DNA of 64,000 nt, taken from Octopus vulgaris. Taxonomy: Eukaryota. Positions within the stretch are counted from its first letter, which is position 1. Each line of letters starts with the position of its first letter. Below are positions 50,347-64,000 of the stretch, in pieces. Both the position numbers and the translations under genes were made by a program. The notes below the pieces were generated by a model, which saw nothing but the letters and a program-made list of their open reading frames with translations, searched no databases and was not told where the DNA came from. The stretch lies in contig OX597824.1 in NCBI GenBank assembly GCA_951406725.2, forward strand, positions 88,412,001 to 88,476,000, in the 5' to 3' direction.

Positions 50347-50756
50347 TTGTTCATGTATTTGTTTTATGGCATCAAGTACAATTCCTCAAGCACACACACA
50401 CACACACATAACAAATTTGTTCAAGTGTTTGTTTTATGACCACCAGTATTTGTTTAAACAATGCTATAGGCAAAGCATTAGCTGAATAAGTTAAATACGT
50501 ACAACGAATACACTGCAACCTGCCTCCGCCCTCTCTCTCTCTCTTCCTCTCTCGAGTGGTAGAGAAACGAAGGAAAGAGGCACTCAACATATTTAGTAGG
50601 ACAGACATCACATATTTAATAACAGTTTGATTCGGCCGCATGCAACTTACATAAACCTGGTTTCTCAGGCTTAAGAACCTAAGCCTGAAGAGGAGCAAGG
50701 TTTTTGTGATGTACTTACAAATCTCCAAGTTGCATGGGGCCAAATTGTATGGTTAT

Positions 50757-51088
<332 letters not shown>

Positions 51089-51661
51089 GGCATTCTGCAT
51101 CATGCATTTGAAAGGTACACACATGCTTTAAACAGGCCTCGTTTCTTTTTTCTTGCTTATTTCTTTCTTATTCTACTTTGATAAAGGGTTTACCTGAAAT
51201 GTTAGTCTACTTCTTTTCTTTTTCCTTTCCCAAACTATTCACTGTGCAAGACTTTTTATGCTAATTTTTTTATATGTTTATATTTTGCTCACCTCTCACA
51301 ACCTCTCCCATTCTCTGTCACTCTCATTCCCGCCATTCTATTTATGCCAGTTTCTACCTCATACACACACACACACATACGTATAACTAAGATTGTATCA
51401 CAGTACTGGCTATCATCTTCAAAATGAGCAATTATTTCAGCCTTTAATACTAGGATTTTGAGAGAGCCTCATTTCATTAGGAAAAGTAGCCATAGCTCCC
51501 CTTGAATCATACCTTACAATCTTGGATAATGTGATAATGGGCCCACAACTCCTCAACAGGAATGCCTTTGGTTGTAGAGATTTACTTCATTAGAGCAGTC
51601 CTGCACCCTAAACTAAAACCCAGACAATATTGAGAAAAATAATAATAAATAAATAAGTAAA

Positions 51662-52015
51662 AGGCGCAGGAGTGGCTGTGCGGTAAGTAGCTTGCTAACC
51701 AACCACATGGTTCCGGGTTCAGTCCCACTGCGTGGCATCTTGGGTAAGTGTCTTCTACTATAGCCTCGAGCCAACCAAAGCCTCGTGAGTGGATTTGGTA
51801 GACGGAAACTGAAAGAAGCCTGTCGCATATATATATGTATGTGTGTGTGTGTTTACATCCCCGTAACTTAGCGGTTCGGCAAAAGAGACTCATAGAATAA
51901 GGACTGGGCTTACAAAGAATAAGTCCCGGGGTCGATTTGCTCGACTAAAGGCGGTGCTCCAGCATGGCCGCAGTCAAATGACTGAAACAAGTAAAAGAGT
52001 AAAGAGTACAGAGTA
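51662..52015 (+). mobile_element. SINE family A
   Basis: Near full-length copy. Confidence 0.88.
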
Positions 52016-52199
52016 AATACATGGTTGTGTAGTTAAGGGACTTAGTTTGCAATCATGTGGTTTTGGGGTTCAATCCTACTATACAGCACTTTGGGTATGT
52101 ATTTTCTACTATAGCCCCAGGCCAACTATTGCCCTGAGAGTGAATTTAGTAGATAGAAGCTGATTAAAAAGCCTGTCTCCATCATCATCATCATCATAG

Positions 52200-52720
52200 T
52201 CATCTTTCATCATTTAACATTTGTTTTCCATGCTGGTATGGGTTGGACAGGCACCATGTCCGTTTGGCATGGTTTTTACGGCTGGATACCCTTCCGGATG
52301 CCAACCACTTTACAGCATGCACTGGTGTGCTTTTACACAGCCCTGGCACAAGTGTGCTTACGTGGCACTGGGGTGGGAGCTTTTTACATGGCGCCAGTGC
52401 CTGCAAGCCTGCCAGATAGGGAACACTCAGCTGGAGAGGGATGCAGGAGATCACGCGGTCATTAGCCTCAAATCGCCAGGCCTGGTTGGCGTTTGTGAGA
52501 GGCACAGCATTGAGGATGAATGAAGCCAGCTCAACCCACCCCGGGTGAATGCTGTAAGAAGAAGAAGAGGGATGCAGGGGACAGCCACAGTATGCAAGGA
52601 CAACCATGGTTTTACTTAGCTTGACATATCTTCCCAAGCACAGCAAACTGCCAGGGGTCTCAGTTCCCTGTCATCTCCTCTGTGAGGTCCAACACCTGAA
52701 GATCCTTTCTCACCACTTTG
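52200..52720 (-). mobile_element. Older RTE 3' end with a second LINE tail inserted (52430-52570, +)
   Basis: VVRKDLQVLDLTEEMT..WQFAVLGK-stop; the insert matches 29320-29450 ([18 protein letters not shown]). Confidence 0.6.
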
Positions 52721-54544
52721 GCCAGTCAGAAAGTTACCATGGGTTTCACATTAATTATTGCTGTTAGCAATAGAGGTGACTCCTCAGACCTGCTGGACGA
52801 AGACACAAAACCCCTTTACTGATGGAGGTAAGAACAGAGTCTGGGTCAGCATGGTGGTGGTGGTGCAAAGAGACCCTGAAACGAAATTCTGTGAAGCGAA
52901 AACCCCTTCTGGGAAAGATGGAGCCAGATCTCTGAATGGTTCCAGTTGTGCCCAAAAGGGGGCAGTTTATGTATGTTTTCCATTCACTAGTTAGTAAGCG
53001 GTGAAGCCCATGTCTCTAACATAAATTTTCATGAGTCCAATATACCTACCTATCTATATAATCTCGAAACGCATATGTAGCTAATCTGAGTCATGTGGAT
53101 TCATTATTTTTCTCTCTTTGCCTACGTAAAAAAAGTGTTACTGTCTGGGAGATCTTTATGATAGTAGAAAAGGCATTTAGCCCCTATTTCTAAAATCTGA
53201 TACTTTACTGCCCACAAGGGGCTAAACATAGAGAGGACAAACAAGGACAGACAAACGGATTAAGTCGATTACATCGACCCCAGTGCATAACTGGTACTTA
53301 ATTTATTGACCCCGAAAGGATGAAAGGCAAAGTCGACCTTGGCGGAATTTGAACTCAGAACGTAGTGATGGGTGAAATACCGCGAAGCACTTTGCCTGGC
53401 GTGCTAATGTCTCTGCCAGCTTGCTGCATGGCGAAGCTATTAGCTGACCTCTTGGATTATAATTACGTATATAATTATAGAATATTTGTATATATATATA
53501 TGTGTGTGTGTGTATCTACATATGATCATCATCCTTTAATGTCTATGTTCTATGCTGACATGGGTTGTACGCATGTGTATGTATGCATGCCTATATGCAT
53601 GCCTGTATTCAATGGAATTTGTATTTTTGTGGTACCAGTGCCGGTGGCACATAAGAAAACCATCCGAACATGGCCATAGCCAGTACCGCACCGACTGGCC
53701 TCCGTGCTGTGGACACGTAACAAACACCATCTGATCGTGGTCGTGCCGGTGGCATGTAAAAAACACCATCCAAGCGTGGCAGTTCGCCAGCCTTGTCTGG
53801 CACCTGTGTCAGTGGCACAAAAAAAAAAAACACCATCCGAGCCTCGTCTGGCACCTGTGTCGGTGGCACATAAAAAGCACCCACTACACTCACGGAGTGG
53901 TTGGCGTTAGGAAGGGCATCCAGCTGTAGAAACACCGCCAGATCTGACTGGCCTGGTGCAACCTTCGGGCTTCCCAGACCCCAGTTGAACCGTCCAACCC
54001 ATGCCAGCATGGAAAACAGGCGTTAAACGATGATGATGATGATGTATGAATGAATGCACGCACGTACATACATATTTATTTGTCCCTCATCAAAGCTCGA
54101 CAACCAGGATCGGTTTCTTTATGTTCCTGTAACCTAGCAACACACCAAATGAAGCTGGTAGACTAAGCCCTAGGCTTAATAAATAAGTCCCGGGGTCAGT
54201 TTGTTCAGCTAAACCCTTCAAAGCAGTGCCCCAACATGACCGCCGCAGTCTAATGGCCTGAAACAAGTGAGAAGTAATAAAGAGCAAAAAGGCAACGAAC
54301 CACCTGATAAGTAGGTCTTGGCTTATTTACAGGTGCAACTAACGAATGTCAAATTAGTATAATGAACAAGAAAAGAGTAAGAGAAGCAACAAGCAATCAG
54401 AGAGGAAGGGGGAGAGAGAGAGAGGCTTTCAGACAGAGAAACTGGAGGCCTTTGTTGTTAACATTCAGGTGAGTAACAAGTGTGAGTAGTACCTGTTGGA
54501 TGGGACTACTATCCTCCTCTGATCTCTCCTTAATAAAGGAAGCA

Positions 54545-54581
<37 letters not shown>

Positions 54582-55049
54582 TCTCTCAGAATGTCAACTT
54601 ACAATACATGTAGCTTGTATGTTAAGTCAGGTGGGAGCAGATTTTTGTTAAAGCTAATTACACTAAGAATCCAACTGCTAATTAGTACTGGCTATAAGAC
54701 ATGCGCACACACACACACAAATATATATATATTTGGCCGTGTTGGCTGCTATTTCTAGCATGTAAAAATTACCTGTTAAAAGGTAGTTTTCTCTTGTGTT
54801 TAAATGTACACTTTTTAAAAATATGAATATATATATATATACGACAGGCTTTTTTCAGTTTCTGTCTACTAAATCTACTCACAAGGCTTTAATCGGTCTG
54901 AGGCTATAGTAGAAGACAACTGCCCAAAGTATCAAGCAGTGGGACTGAACCTGAAACCATGTGGTTGAGAAGCAAGCTACTTACCACACAACACGGTGTG
55001 CAGCAGACATGTTGTTGGACTCCCACTGGGGTAATTCTTTTCTTTTTTC

Positions 55050-55500
55050 TTTTATTTGTTTCAGTTATTTGATTGCGGCCATGCTGCAGCACCGCCTTTA
55101 GTCGAACAGATCAACCCCCAAGACTTATTCTTTGTAAGCCAAGTACTTATTCTATCAGTCTCTTTTGCCGAACCACTAAGTTACGGGGATGTAAACACAC
55201 CAGCATCGGTTGCCAAGCGATGGTGGTAGGGACAAACACAGACACACAAACATATATATACGACATATATATACATATATGTATGTATATATGCATATAT
55301 TTAAATATTTATATATTACTTATGTAATATATGTATATATATGACAGGCTTCTTTCAGTTTCCGTCTACCAAATCCACTCTCAAGGCTGTGGTTGGTCTG
55401 AGGCTATAGTAGAAGACACTTGCCCAAAGTTCCACGCAATGGGACTGAACCTGGAACCATGTGGTTGGGAAGCAAGCTACATACCACACAGCCACACCTA
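55050..55500 (-). mobile_element. SINE family A
   Basis: Reverse copy. Confidence 0.85.
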
Positions 55501-55724
55501 CACCTCTGTTAGATTATATACGCATATATATATATACATGCCTCAGCATGGCCAGAGCTCATGAGCTGAAACCAGTTCAATTCAACTCAATATGTGTGTG
55601 TGTGGAGGAGCGGGGTAGGTGCATGTAGGTTTGGTAGAATAAACAAAATAAATACAGCTGAACACGTGTAATATACATTGAAAATTAAACACACACACAC
55701 AAAACAGGCTTCTTTTCAGTTTCT

Positions 55725-56140
55725 TGTTTCTTTACTGCCCACAAGGAGCTACACACAGAGGGGACAAACAAGGACAGACAAAGGGATTAAATCGATTACA
55801 TCGACCGCAATGTGTAACTGGTACTTAATTTATCGACCCCAAAAGGATGAAAGGCAAAGTTGACCTCGGCAGAATTTGAACTCAGAACGTAGCGGCAGGC
55901 GAAATACCTATTTCTTTACTACCCACAAGGGGCTAAACACAGAGGGGACAAACAAGGACAGACAAAGGGATTAAATCGATTACATCGACCCCAGTGCGTA
56001 ACTGGTACTTAATTTATCGACCCTGAAAAGACGAAAGGTAAAGTTGACTTTGCCAGAATTTGAACTCAGAACGTAGGGGCAGATGAAATACTGCTAAGCA
56101 TTTCGCCCGGTGTGCTAATGTTTCTGCCAGCTCACCGCCT
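55725..56140 (-). mobile_element. SINE family B dimer
   Basis: Head plus two units in reverse. Monomers also at about 7003, 44716, 49229 and 53205. Confidence 0.88.
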
Positions 56141-56539
56141 TTCTTTTCAGTTTCTATCTACCAAATCAATTCAGACGGCTTTGACTGGCCTAGGGCTATA
56201 GCAGAAGGCATTTGGCAGGAGTCTTGAAATGGGACTGAACCAGAAGCCAAGTAAATGGGAAGCAAAATTCTTAACCACACACCCATACCTGTGGTTATAT
56301 ATACATATATGTAAACACATACACATCAGTGACATCAGGGCCAATCTAAGGAAGCATGTAAAGTGGATGGTGATGTATGCAAACATGTGTTTACATACAA
56401 GTACACAGATACACAGGCAGGCACACACACACACACACACACTTGAATGTGAATGCGAGATATCTTTGCTTAGCCAAGGTTTTCAATAAAGATTGCAGGA
56501 TGATACGTCACAAACTTCATGACCTCAGCATCTGGTGGC

Positions 56540-57010
56540 TCTCTTAGATATGTTTCAGTCATGCCTCCAGCCATTCTTACCACTTATGTTGATGATACAA
56601 AAACAACACAGACCCTGAGGATAACAGAAAACTACAGAAAACCTGAATGTAGGGTACATGTGCACCGGGAAAAAACCCCCAAAAACATGCAGTTCCTTGC
56701 TGAAAGATTTCAGGCATTCTGTTATCAGTCCACAAACAGACTGCAATCAGAATACACAGAACCAGGGGGTATTGGAATCTTGGAGTCACAGTCAAAGCAT
56801 GATCTGGGAAACCACAGGAGTAAAGATGCAGCATTCTGTGTGCATATTATTAAGATGACAACAGTGTGCAAATGACTAGCTGGTTGGATTCTGAGAGTTG
56901 AAAAGGGAAACCACACTGGTCCTGTGAAGAGCATTTATTTTCAGTTGCTTGTCCCAATTATGGTCTCCACAGAGCATCAGACTAACAGCTGAGTTTGAGA
57001 CAAGTTCATG
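56540..57010 (+). mobile_element. Degenerate CR1-like RT fragment
   Basis: YVDDTK (YADD-like), LAGWILR and CPNYG/LWSP-like remnants with frameshifts. Confidence 0.55.
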
Positions 57011-57964
57011 CTGTTATGCAACAAATGAGCTACAGGCAGAAGCTAAAAGAACTGTCATCATCGTTTAACGTCCGCTTTCCATGCTAGCATGGGTTGGACG
57101 ATTTGACTGAGGACTGGCGAACCAGATGGCTGCACCAGGCTCCAATCATGATCTGGCAGAGTTTCTACAACTGGATGCCCTTCCTAACACCAATCACTCC
57201 AAAAGTGTAGTGGGTGCTTTACGTGTCACCGGCACATGGGGCAGTCAAGCGGTACTGGCAATGGCCACGCTCAAATGGTGTTTTTTATGTGCCACCTGTA
57301 CAGGAGCCAGTTCACTGGCACTGGCAACGACCTCGCTTGAAGATTATATATATATATATATATATATAAACACACACACACATCCATGCTGGTGCTACAT
57401 ATAAAGCATTGAGGCTGGTGCCACATAAAAAGCAATCAGTACACTGTGTAAAGTGGTTGGCATTAGGAAGGGCATCTAGTTGTAGAAGCCATACCATATC
57501 AGACAAGTGGTGCTGGATGCTTCTCTCTGACTTGCCAGCTCCTGTCAAACCATCCAGCCCATGCTAGCATGGAAAATGAATGATGATGATGATTATATAT
57601 ATATATCCATATCCAACTTTACTTGAATGTGTTGCTTTGAATGCCATAGGCTGTGGTAAACGTCCTGCGAAATCATCTCATATAGACAGTCATTAGGTGC
57701 TACAAAAAGCCCAGATTATATCAGTAGATGATATAAATATCCTGAACACTGGTGGATGGGACTGTTGTATCACATGATTTCAGCATAAATTGTACTTCGT
57801 CAGCAGTAGGCTCCCTATCACTGAATGCCAGATCAAAAATCCACGAAACAGATGTAGTTCAACATAGACTAAAGGGGTCAGTCATATTGCAAAAACTGGC
57901 AGGTTGTGTATAAATTAGCTATTAGTGATGGAAGCAACGTTTGTAATGAATATTAATTAACACG

Positions 57965-58085
57965 GCTCTCCCTTTTTTAAATTAAATTGCTGATAAAGCT
58001 GGAGCGTCATCTCCTAATCTAGCAACCATGTCAGTATGAATGTCATTGGGGGCTAAACCCTTTTTCTGTGCAATGCCAAATTTTG
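57965..58085 (-). mobile_element. Mariner transposase N-terminal fragment
   Basis: KGLAPNDIHTDMVARLGDDAPALS..FKKGRE resembles the mariner HTH region. Confidence 0.55.
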
Positions 58086-59055
58086 TCTGTTTTCAAGAGA
58101 AGTCGCTTCTAGATACTTTCGATGTCTTCTTTGAACAGTCAGACATTAGTTTAGTTGGAAAGAAACAATGCAGTTATTAATGAGATGAATTGAAATTAAT
58201 GCATGCAAGATTTCACAGTTCTAGCATCACTCCTTCAAAGTCAGCTTATAAAACTTTTCAGCCCATTCTCGTAAACTAATAATCAACCCAACAACAGTAA
58301 CCAGTAAGGCCCACAGCCACTGGCTGAAACAAGTAATGAGGCATACACAAATCATCATCATCTGCTTTCCATGCCTGCATGGGTTGGTCGGTTTGACTGA
58401 GGACTGGCGAGCCAGAAGGCTGCACCAGGCTCCAATCTAATCTGGCAAAGTTTCTACAACTGGATGCCCTTCCTAACGCCAACCACTCAGAGAGTGTAGT
58501 GGGTGCTTTTACGTGTCACTGGCACGAGGGTCAGTCAGGTGGTACTGGCATCGACCACACTCAAATGGTGCTTTTTACGTGCCATCTGCACTGGAGCCAG
58601 TCCAGCGGCACTGGCAACGACCATACTCGGATGGTATTTTTTACATGCAACCAGCACAGGACCCAACCATGCGACACTGGCAACGATCATGTTTGAATTG
58701 TGCTATTTACATGCCGCTGGCATAGGAGCCAGTCAGTGGCCCTGGCAATGATCATGCTCAAATGGTACTTTTAATGTTCCACTGGCATGGGTGCCAATAT
58801 ATATATATCATCATCATCATTTAGCGTCCTCTTTCCATGCTAGCATGGGTTGGACAGTTCAACTGGGGTCTGGGAAGCCAGAAGGCTGCACCAGGCCCCA
58901 GTCTGATCTGGAAATGTTTCACGGTTGGATGCCCTTCCTAACGCCAACCACTCCGTGAGTGTAGTGGGTGCTTTTTACGTGGCACTGGCACAGGTGTCAG
59001 ATGGGGCTGGCAAATGGCCACGGTCGGATGGTACTTTTTACATGCCACCGGCACG

Positions 59056-59273
59056 TATATATATACATATATACATACGTAGGTATATATATATATATAT
59101 ATATATATACATACGTATATATATATATATATATACATACATACATACATACGTATGTATATATATATATATACATACATACGTATGTATATATATATAT
59201 ACATACATACATACGTATGTATAATAATCATATATATTGTGTGTATATATATATGTATAATAATCATATATAT

Positions 59274-59307
<34 letters not shown>

Positions 59308-59350
59308 CAAACATACATGTATGTGCGAGTATATATGTGTGTGTGTGTGC
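59056..59350. repeat. Compound (TA)/(TACA) microsatellite
   Basis: Direct inspection. Confidence 0.9.
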
Positions 59351-59351
59351 A

Positions 59352-59860
59352 TATGTTTCATTAAATATATGACTACATTCAAGTTGTATTTTTTTTATTT
59401 TATATTTTTCATATTCTCTTTTTAGCTTTTACAGTTGGTTCCTAAATCTACATCTGATGCTTTCACACCTTCACAGTTTTATTACGAAGAACTGAACTGA
59501 GTATATTTGATGTTTGTATTGTTTCTTTTTTTCACAGATTAAATTCATGTCGACCTTCCCGCCAAAGGTTTATTGACTGTTAGTATTATGCCTGAACAAA
59601 TCAATATGTGGCTGCTGAGGCACAATGCTGATGATCAATAAACTTTTGGCGGGAAAGTCTACCTGAATGCAATGAATATATAAGAAACAAAACAAATATC
59701 AGGTATAGTCAATTCAGTTCGAGATAATAAAACTGATGACCTAGAAATGTTGGATATGGATTTAGGAACTCTATTATAGTTTCAAACCAATTAATAAATA
59801 TGAAAATATGAAAAATAAAAGATAAAACTTGAATATGGTCATGTTATTTAATGAAGCATA
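59352..59860. mobile_element. Old palindromic MITE-like element (~230-bp diverged arms)
   Basis: TATGTTTCATTAAATA..CCCGCCAAAGGTTTATTGA / TCAATAAACTTTTGGCGGG..TATTTAATGAAGCATA. Confidence 0.7.
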
Positions 59861-60897
59861 CATTATAAAAAGGCTGCTTTGTCATAGTTTACATCATGAC
59901 ACAGATTTCATTTGTAGCGTAGACTCTATATATATGTGCATTCGAATGTAGCAGGGACCAACAGGCCACTGTTTGTATCCTGTTGTATCCACTACATCAA
60001 TTGGTTGGTATTGGCACAATTTGTCTCCCAATCTGTTGTGCCAACTGACCATAGATAGCCAGTCAGAGACTTTAGATAGCCATCAACAGGCAAATGGTCA
60101 AGAGACAGCAGACAACAGAGAGCCACATATTTACAGTAGCCGAACATAAACAGACCCGACCGAATGACCAATACACACACAGACACAAAACATGCCCGGT
60201 TCTACCTCATCACATCGACACAGTATTTTTCCTGTTCATTTTTTACTTCACTGACTCGAAGCAAGCTGGTAATGTCATGTAGTGGCTTTCCTTGTGTATA
60301 CAACACGTAAATACAAGTGTCAATTAAACAAATTATTTAAACCACAATCCGATGCTTTCCCATTGTTTTCCTTTGATATCATCCACATGCCTATTTCATC
60401 TGCTACCTCAACATCTTTTGCTACACATCCTGCTGCACATCTAACCAGATTAGACCATCTATTCTTCTGCTTTTTGTGGAAAGGATGCAGTCTGTTGGTC
60501 AGGCAGTTCACCTGTTGCTAATACTCTCCACATGGAGATGGGATCTAAATTATTGCAACTGTTGATGTGCAAACCATGTACTGAGGCTATGGCATGTATA
60601 AAATTTCCTGGATGGTGAACAGGTGCAGCCCCTGATTGTAAGGCACATCTTTCCAGTAGCTCATCTTTTTGACAGAGAAGTAATCCTGCATCAAGCAAAG
60701 ATCAGACTGGGTTCCTGACATCTGGAATGATGTCAAACACTCACCATCTCCTGGTGGAAGTTCCATGCTAGTAATATTTAGAAGATTAGAAAGAAGTTCT
60801 AGATATCAACAATAATGAACTGGTAGGTCAGTTCCAGAGAACTTTCAGGCCAGAAATTCAGAATAACTTCCAAAAATCTTTGGTTTGTGCTATTGAA

Positions 60898-61073
60898 TAC
60901 AGTTCTGTATTTAAGAGATGAGGAATTATTTACATTTGATGGATATTTGTCCTCATCTTGTTTGTTGTCAACGCAATATTTCGGCTGATGTACCCTCCAG
61001 CCTTCATCAGGTGTCTTAGGGAAACTTTGAACCTGGGTTCTCATTCCTAAGATATTTTTTGATGTTATTATTA

Positions 61074-61112
<39 letters not shown>

Positions 61113-61366
61113 TCACTGCCTGGAATCGAACTCAGAATGCTCTTAACCACTACAGGCATATGGCGTAGTGGTTAAGAGCATGGGCTACTAACCCCAAGGT
61201 TCCGAGTTCAATTCCAGGCCTGAATAATAACAACAACAACATCAAAAAATACCTTAGGAATGAGAACTCAGGTTCGAAATTTCCTCAAGACACCTGATGA
61301 AGCTGAAACGTGCTAACAACAAACAAGATGAGGACAAATATCTGTCAAGTGTAAATAATGTAAATA
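60898..61366. mobile_element. Head-to-head dimer of a tRNA-headed SINE carrying a hammerhead ribozyme core
   Basis: Inverted arms around ~61155; A-box TGGCGTAGTGG and B-box GAGTTCAATTCC; direct repeat TTGTGCTATTGAA at 60885-60897 and 61367-61379. Confidence 0.8.
60970..61015 (-). ncRNA. Minimal type I hammerhead ribozyme-like motif (mutated stem III)
   Basis: GACAC-CTGATGA-A-GGCTG(GAGGGTACAT)CAGCC-GAAA-TATT-GCGTT; the partner copy at 61289-61312 retains CTGATGA..GAAACGT. Confidence 0.65.
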
Positions 61367-61644
61367 TTGTGCTATTGAAGGTAACTACCAGTTTGAGATA
61401 AACTCTGCACATGCAGAAGAGCCATGAGATGGGTCTGTCCAAGATATTTGCAGTGGGTTGAAGCCATTCTGCAAGCATTCAATCTGTGTCCAGAATTTAC
61501 TCCCTATTTTTATCTTTTTTTTTTAATTTCATTTTGTGTAAATTTTTATTTTTTTATGTAGAAGCAGTCTTTATGTCTCCTACACTCAATATTCTAATTG
61601 CATATACAAGAAATTATCATCTTTATTAATAATAATGATGATGA

Positions 61645-62110
61645 TCATCATCATCGTTTAACGTCCGCTTTCCATGCTAGCATGGGTTGGACGGTTTGAC
61701 TGAGGACTGGCAAACCAGGCTCCAGTCTTGATCTGGCAGAGTTTCTACAGCTGGATGCCCTTCCTAACACCAACCACTCCAAGAGTGTAGTGGGTGCTTT
61801 TACGTGCCACTGGCACAAGGGCCAGTCTGGTGGTACTGGCAACGACCTCACTCGAATGTTTTTACACATGCCAAGGGCACAGGTGCCAGTAAGGCGATGC
61901 TGGTAACGATCCCGCTCGAAAGGTGCCTCTTACATGCCACCAGCACGGAAGCCAGTCAGCCGCTCTGGCAACGATCATGCTCAGATGGCGCTCTTGGCAC
62001 CCTACTCTGGCAACGATCACACTCAGATGGCGCTCTTGGCACCCTACTAGCACAGGGCACAAGTGCCAGTAAGGTGACGCTGGTAACGATCACACTCGAA
62101 TGGTGCCTTT
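61645..62110 (-). mobile_element. RTE 3'UTR-derived repeat (family C)
   Basis: (CAT)n CGTTTAACGTCCGCTTTCCATGCTAGCATGG start on the plus strand, plus subrepeats. Confidence 0.8.
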
Positions 62111-62574
62111 AATGATGATGATAATAATTTCTGGTGGGCTGGCTGAATTGTTAGCATGCCAGACAAAACGCTAAGTGGAATTTAATCCATTGTTACATTC
62201 TGAATATGAATTCTGTCACGGTCAATCGACTTTGCCTTTTCTCCTTTTGTGATCAACAAAATAAATATCAGTTGAAGACCAGAGTCAATGTAATCAAGTT
62301 GCCCCTGCCCCGTAAATTTGAGGCCCCATGCCTATAGCAGAAAGGATTACTATCATTAAGGCAACAAGCTGGCAGAATCGTTAGCGTGTTGGGTAACAGC
62401 ATTTCTTCTGACCGTGTCCCGAGTTCTAATCCCACCCAGGTCAACTTTGCCTTTCATCTTTTTCAGGTCAATAAAATAAAGTACCAATTAAGTAGAGAGG
62501 GGAGTGATATGATTAACTTGGCCTTCTCTCCTCGAAATTGCTGACCTTGTGTCAAAATTAGAAAGACTTATTTT

Positions 62575-62625
<51 letters not shown>

Positions 62626-63497
62626 CATCACCGTTGTACAGATCCCCCGCTTCCCAGCTCCACTTCAATATTAGGTTTTGTTTGGCCTGCAAGACATAGC
62701 AGTGATGTCAGTTAAGTCACGTCACAGTCCGAGACATACAACAAATAGATTTAATGTCAAGGTTATTTACTGCAAAGCCCTTGGCCACTCAATCATGACC
62801 GACTTGGGGGCTACAACAACAGCAACAACAGCAACAACAACAATATATGCATCACAGGAACCTTAGAAAACTAACTTCAAAGCTGGTCAAATTAACAACC
62901 TGTACGGCAAAAAAAAAAAAGAAATTAAAAAAAACTAACAGATGTTTTCTATTATAAATTCTTAGCTATTGTTTCACACATTCTCACAACTGAAAGTATG
63001 CCAGGTCACCAGATATACTTCTTTAAAATGAATGCTGTCCTGAGAAAGTAAACTCTGGCGACATTCGACATTTGTGTCTCACGTATGTGACACTGAAGGT
63101 CTTTCGGTTGAAATAAAAAGCAAAGCAATAATTATCGAATTACAAATCAAAGTCCTTTCTTTTCTTTTTTCATTTTTGCTGCCTTCATTATTTTACACCT
63201 TTTAAAAAATATAACATATCACTATGTAGATGAACCGTTATTCTTTTACTTGTCTCAGTCACTGGACTGCGGCCATGCTGCAGCAACACCTTGAAAGCTT
63301 TAGTGGAACAAATCGACCCCACCCCCAGTACTCATTATTTTTAAGTCTGGTACTTATTTAACCGGTATCTATTGCCGAACCGCTAAGTCACGGGGAAGTA
63401 AACAAACCAACGCCTTGGACAGTTTATTTAAAGTATTGTACTTATTCAATCGGTCTCTATTGCCGAATCGTTAAGTTTATAGAGACGTAGACAAACC

Positions 63498-63588
63498 GGG
63501 GGAGGTAAAGAATGCGTACACCACCCGTTTTCGGCGTAACAAAACCCCTAACCCTAGACACCAGGTGTACGTATTCTTTACTTTCGCC
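63498..63588. mobile_element. Merlin-like mini-MITE family M3 with a CCCTAACCCTA core, inserted in a SINE
   Basis: 25-bp imperfect TIR (..GTAAAGAATRCGTACACC); flanks GACAAACC/AACAAACC. Confidence 0.7.
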
Positions 63589-64000
63589 AACAAACCAACA
63601 TCTTGAAGAGATTAAGGCGATCAAATCGACTCCTGTGGGGTATTTATCAGTTTGGTTTTTTTGCCAGACTGCTAAGCTACAGAAACGTAAACTAACCAAC
63701 ACCGATCGCCAAGCAGTGAAAGACACACTGAAATTTATTCATAAAGCATTGACTGACCCAGGGCTACAGATGAAGATATCTGCACAGTGGAACTGAACCC
63801 GAAACGTGATCGCAAAGCAAACGCCTGAACCGCGCAGACACGGTTTTAGCAGCTGGCAGGGAATATGATCGTATAATAAATATTTATTTCATCTATTTCA
63901 AAAATATCGATCTCTTATATAGCACACTAAAACTCTTTTGGAAGGAGGTTAGCCATCAGCCCTAAATCCCAAGATCCACCTTACATCTTTAATAATATAT

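Noticed and set aside
60320-60700. Possible exon(s) of another minus-strand gene
   Set aside because: Frameshifted, with faint similarity to an RTE C-terminus (..HVDDIKG); no consistent splice model.

Overview
AT-rich, repeat-dense eukaryotic genomic DNA with GT-AG introns. The SINE/RTE repeat landscape suggests a coleoid cephalopod (Octopus-like); this is inference. Three spliced genes can be rebuilt by hand with consistent splice phases: (1) a ~1270-aa secreted fibrinogen-related (FReD) protein on the minus strand, with a 3.1-kb exon containing ~25 KIKD[G/E] repeats and a coiled coil; (2) a ~229-aa BRMS1/BRMS1L (Sds3-family) protein on the plus strand; (3) a ~277-aa MCFD2 homolog on the minus strand with a Q/P/Y-repeat N-terminal insert. 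The rest is mostly mobile DNA: several tRNA-derived SINE families, RTE, CR1 and Tx1-like LINE fragments, Helitrons, piggyBac-, mariner- and Merlin-like MITEs, and micro/minisatellites. The most unusual item is a head-to-head tRNA-headed SINE dimer at 60898-61366, flanked by a 13-bp direct repeat and carrying hammerhead-ribozyme cores. Also notable are further hammerhead remnants, three unrelated 8-bp-TSD MITE families with TTAGGG cores, SINE multimers with a fixed junction, and long intronic hairpins beside exons. Nearly all short ORFs in the supplied track are repeat artefacts.
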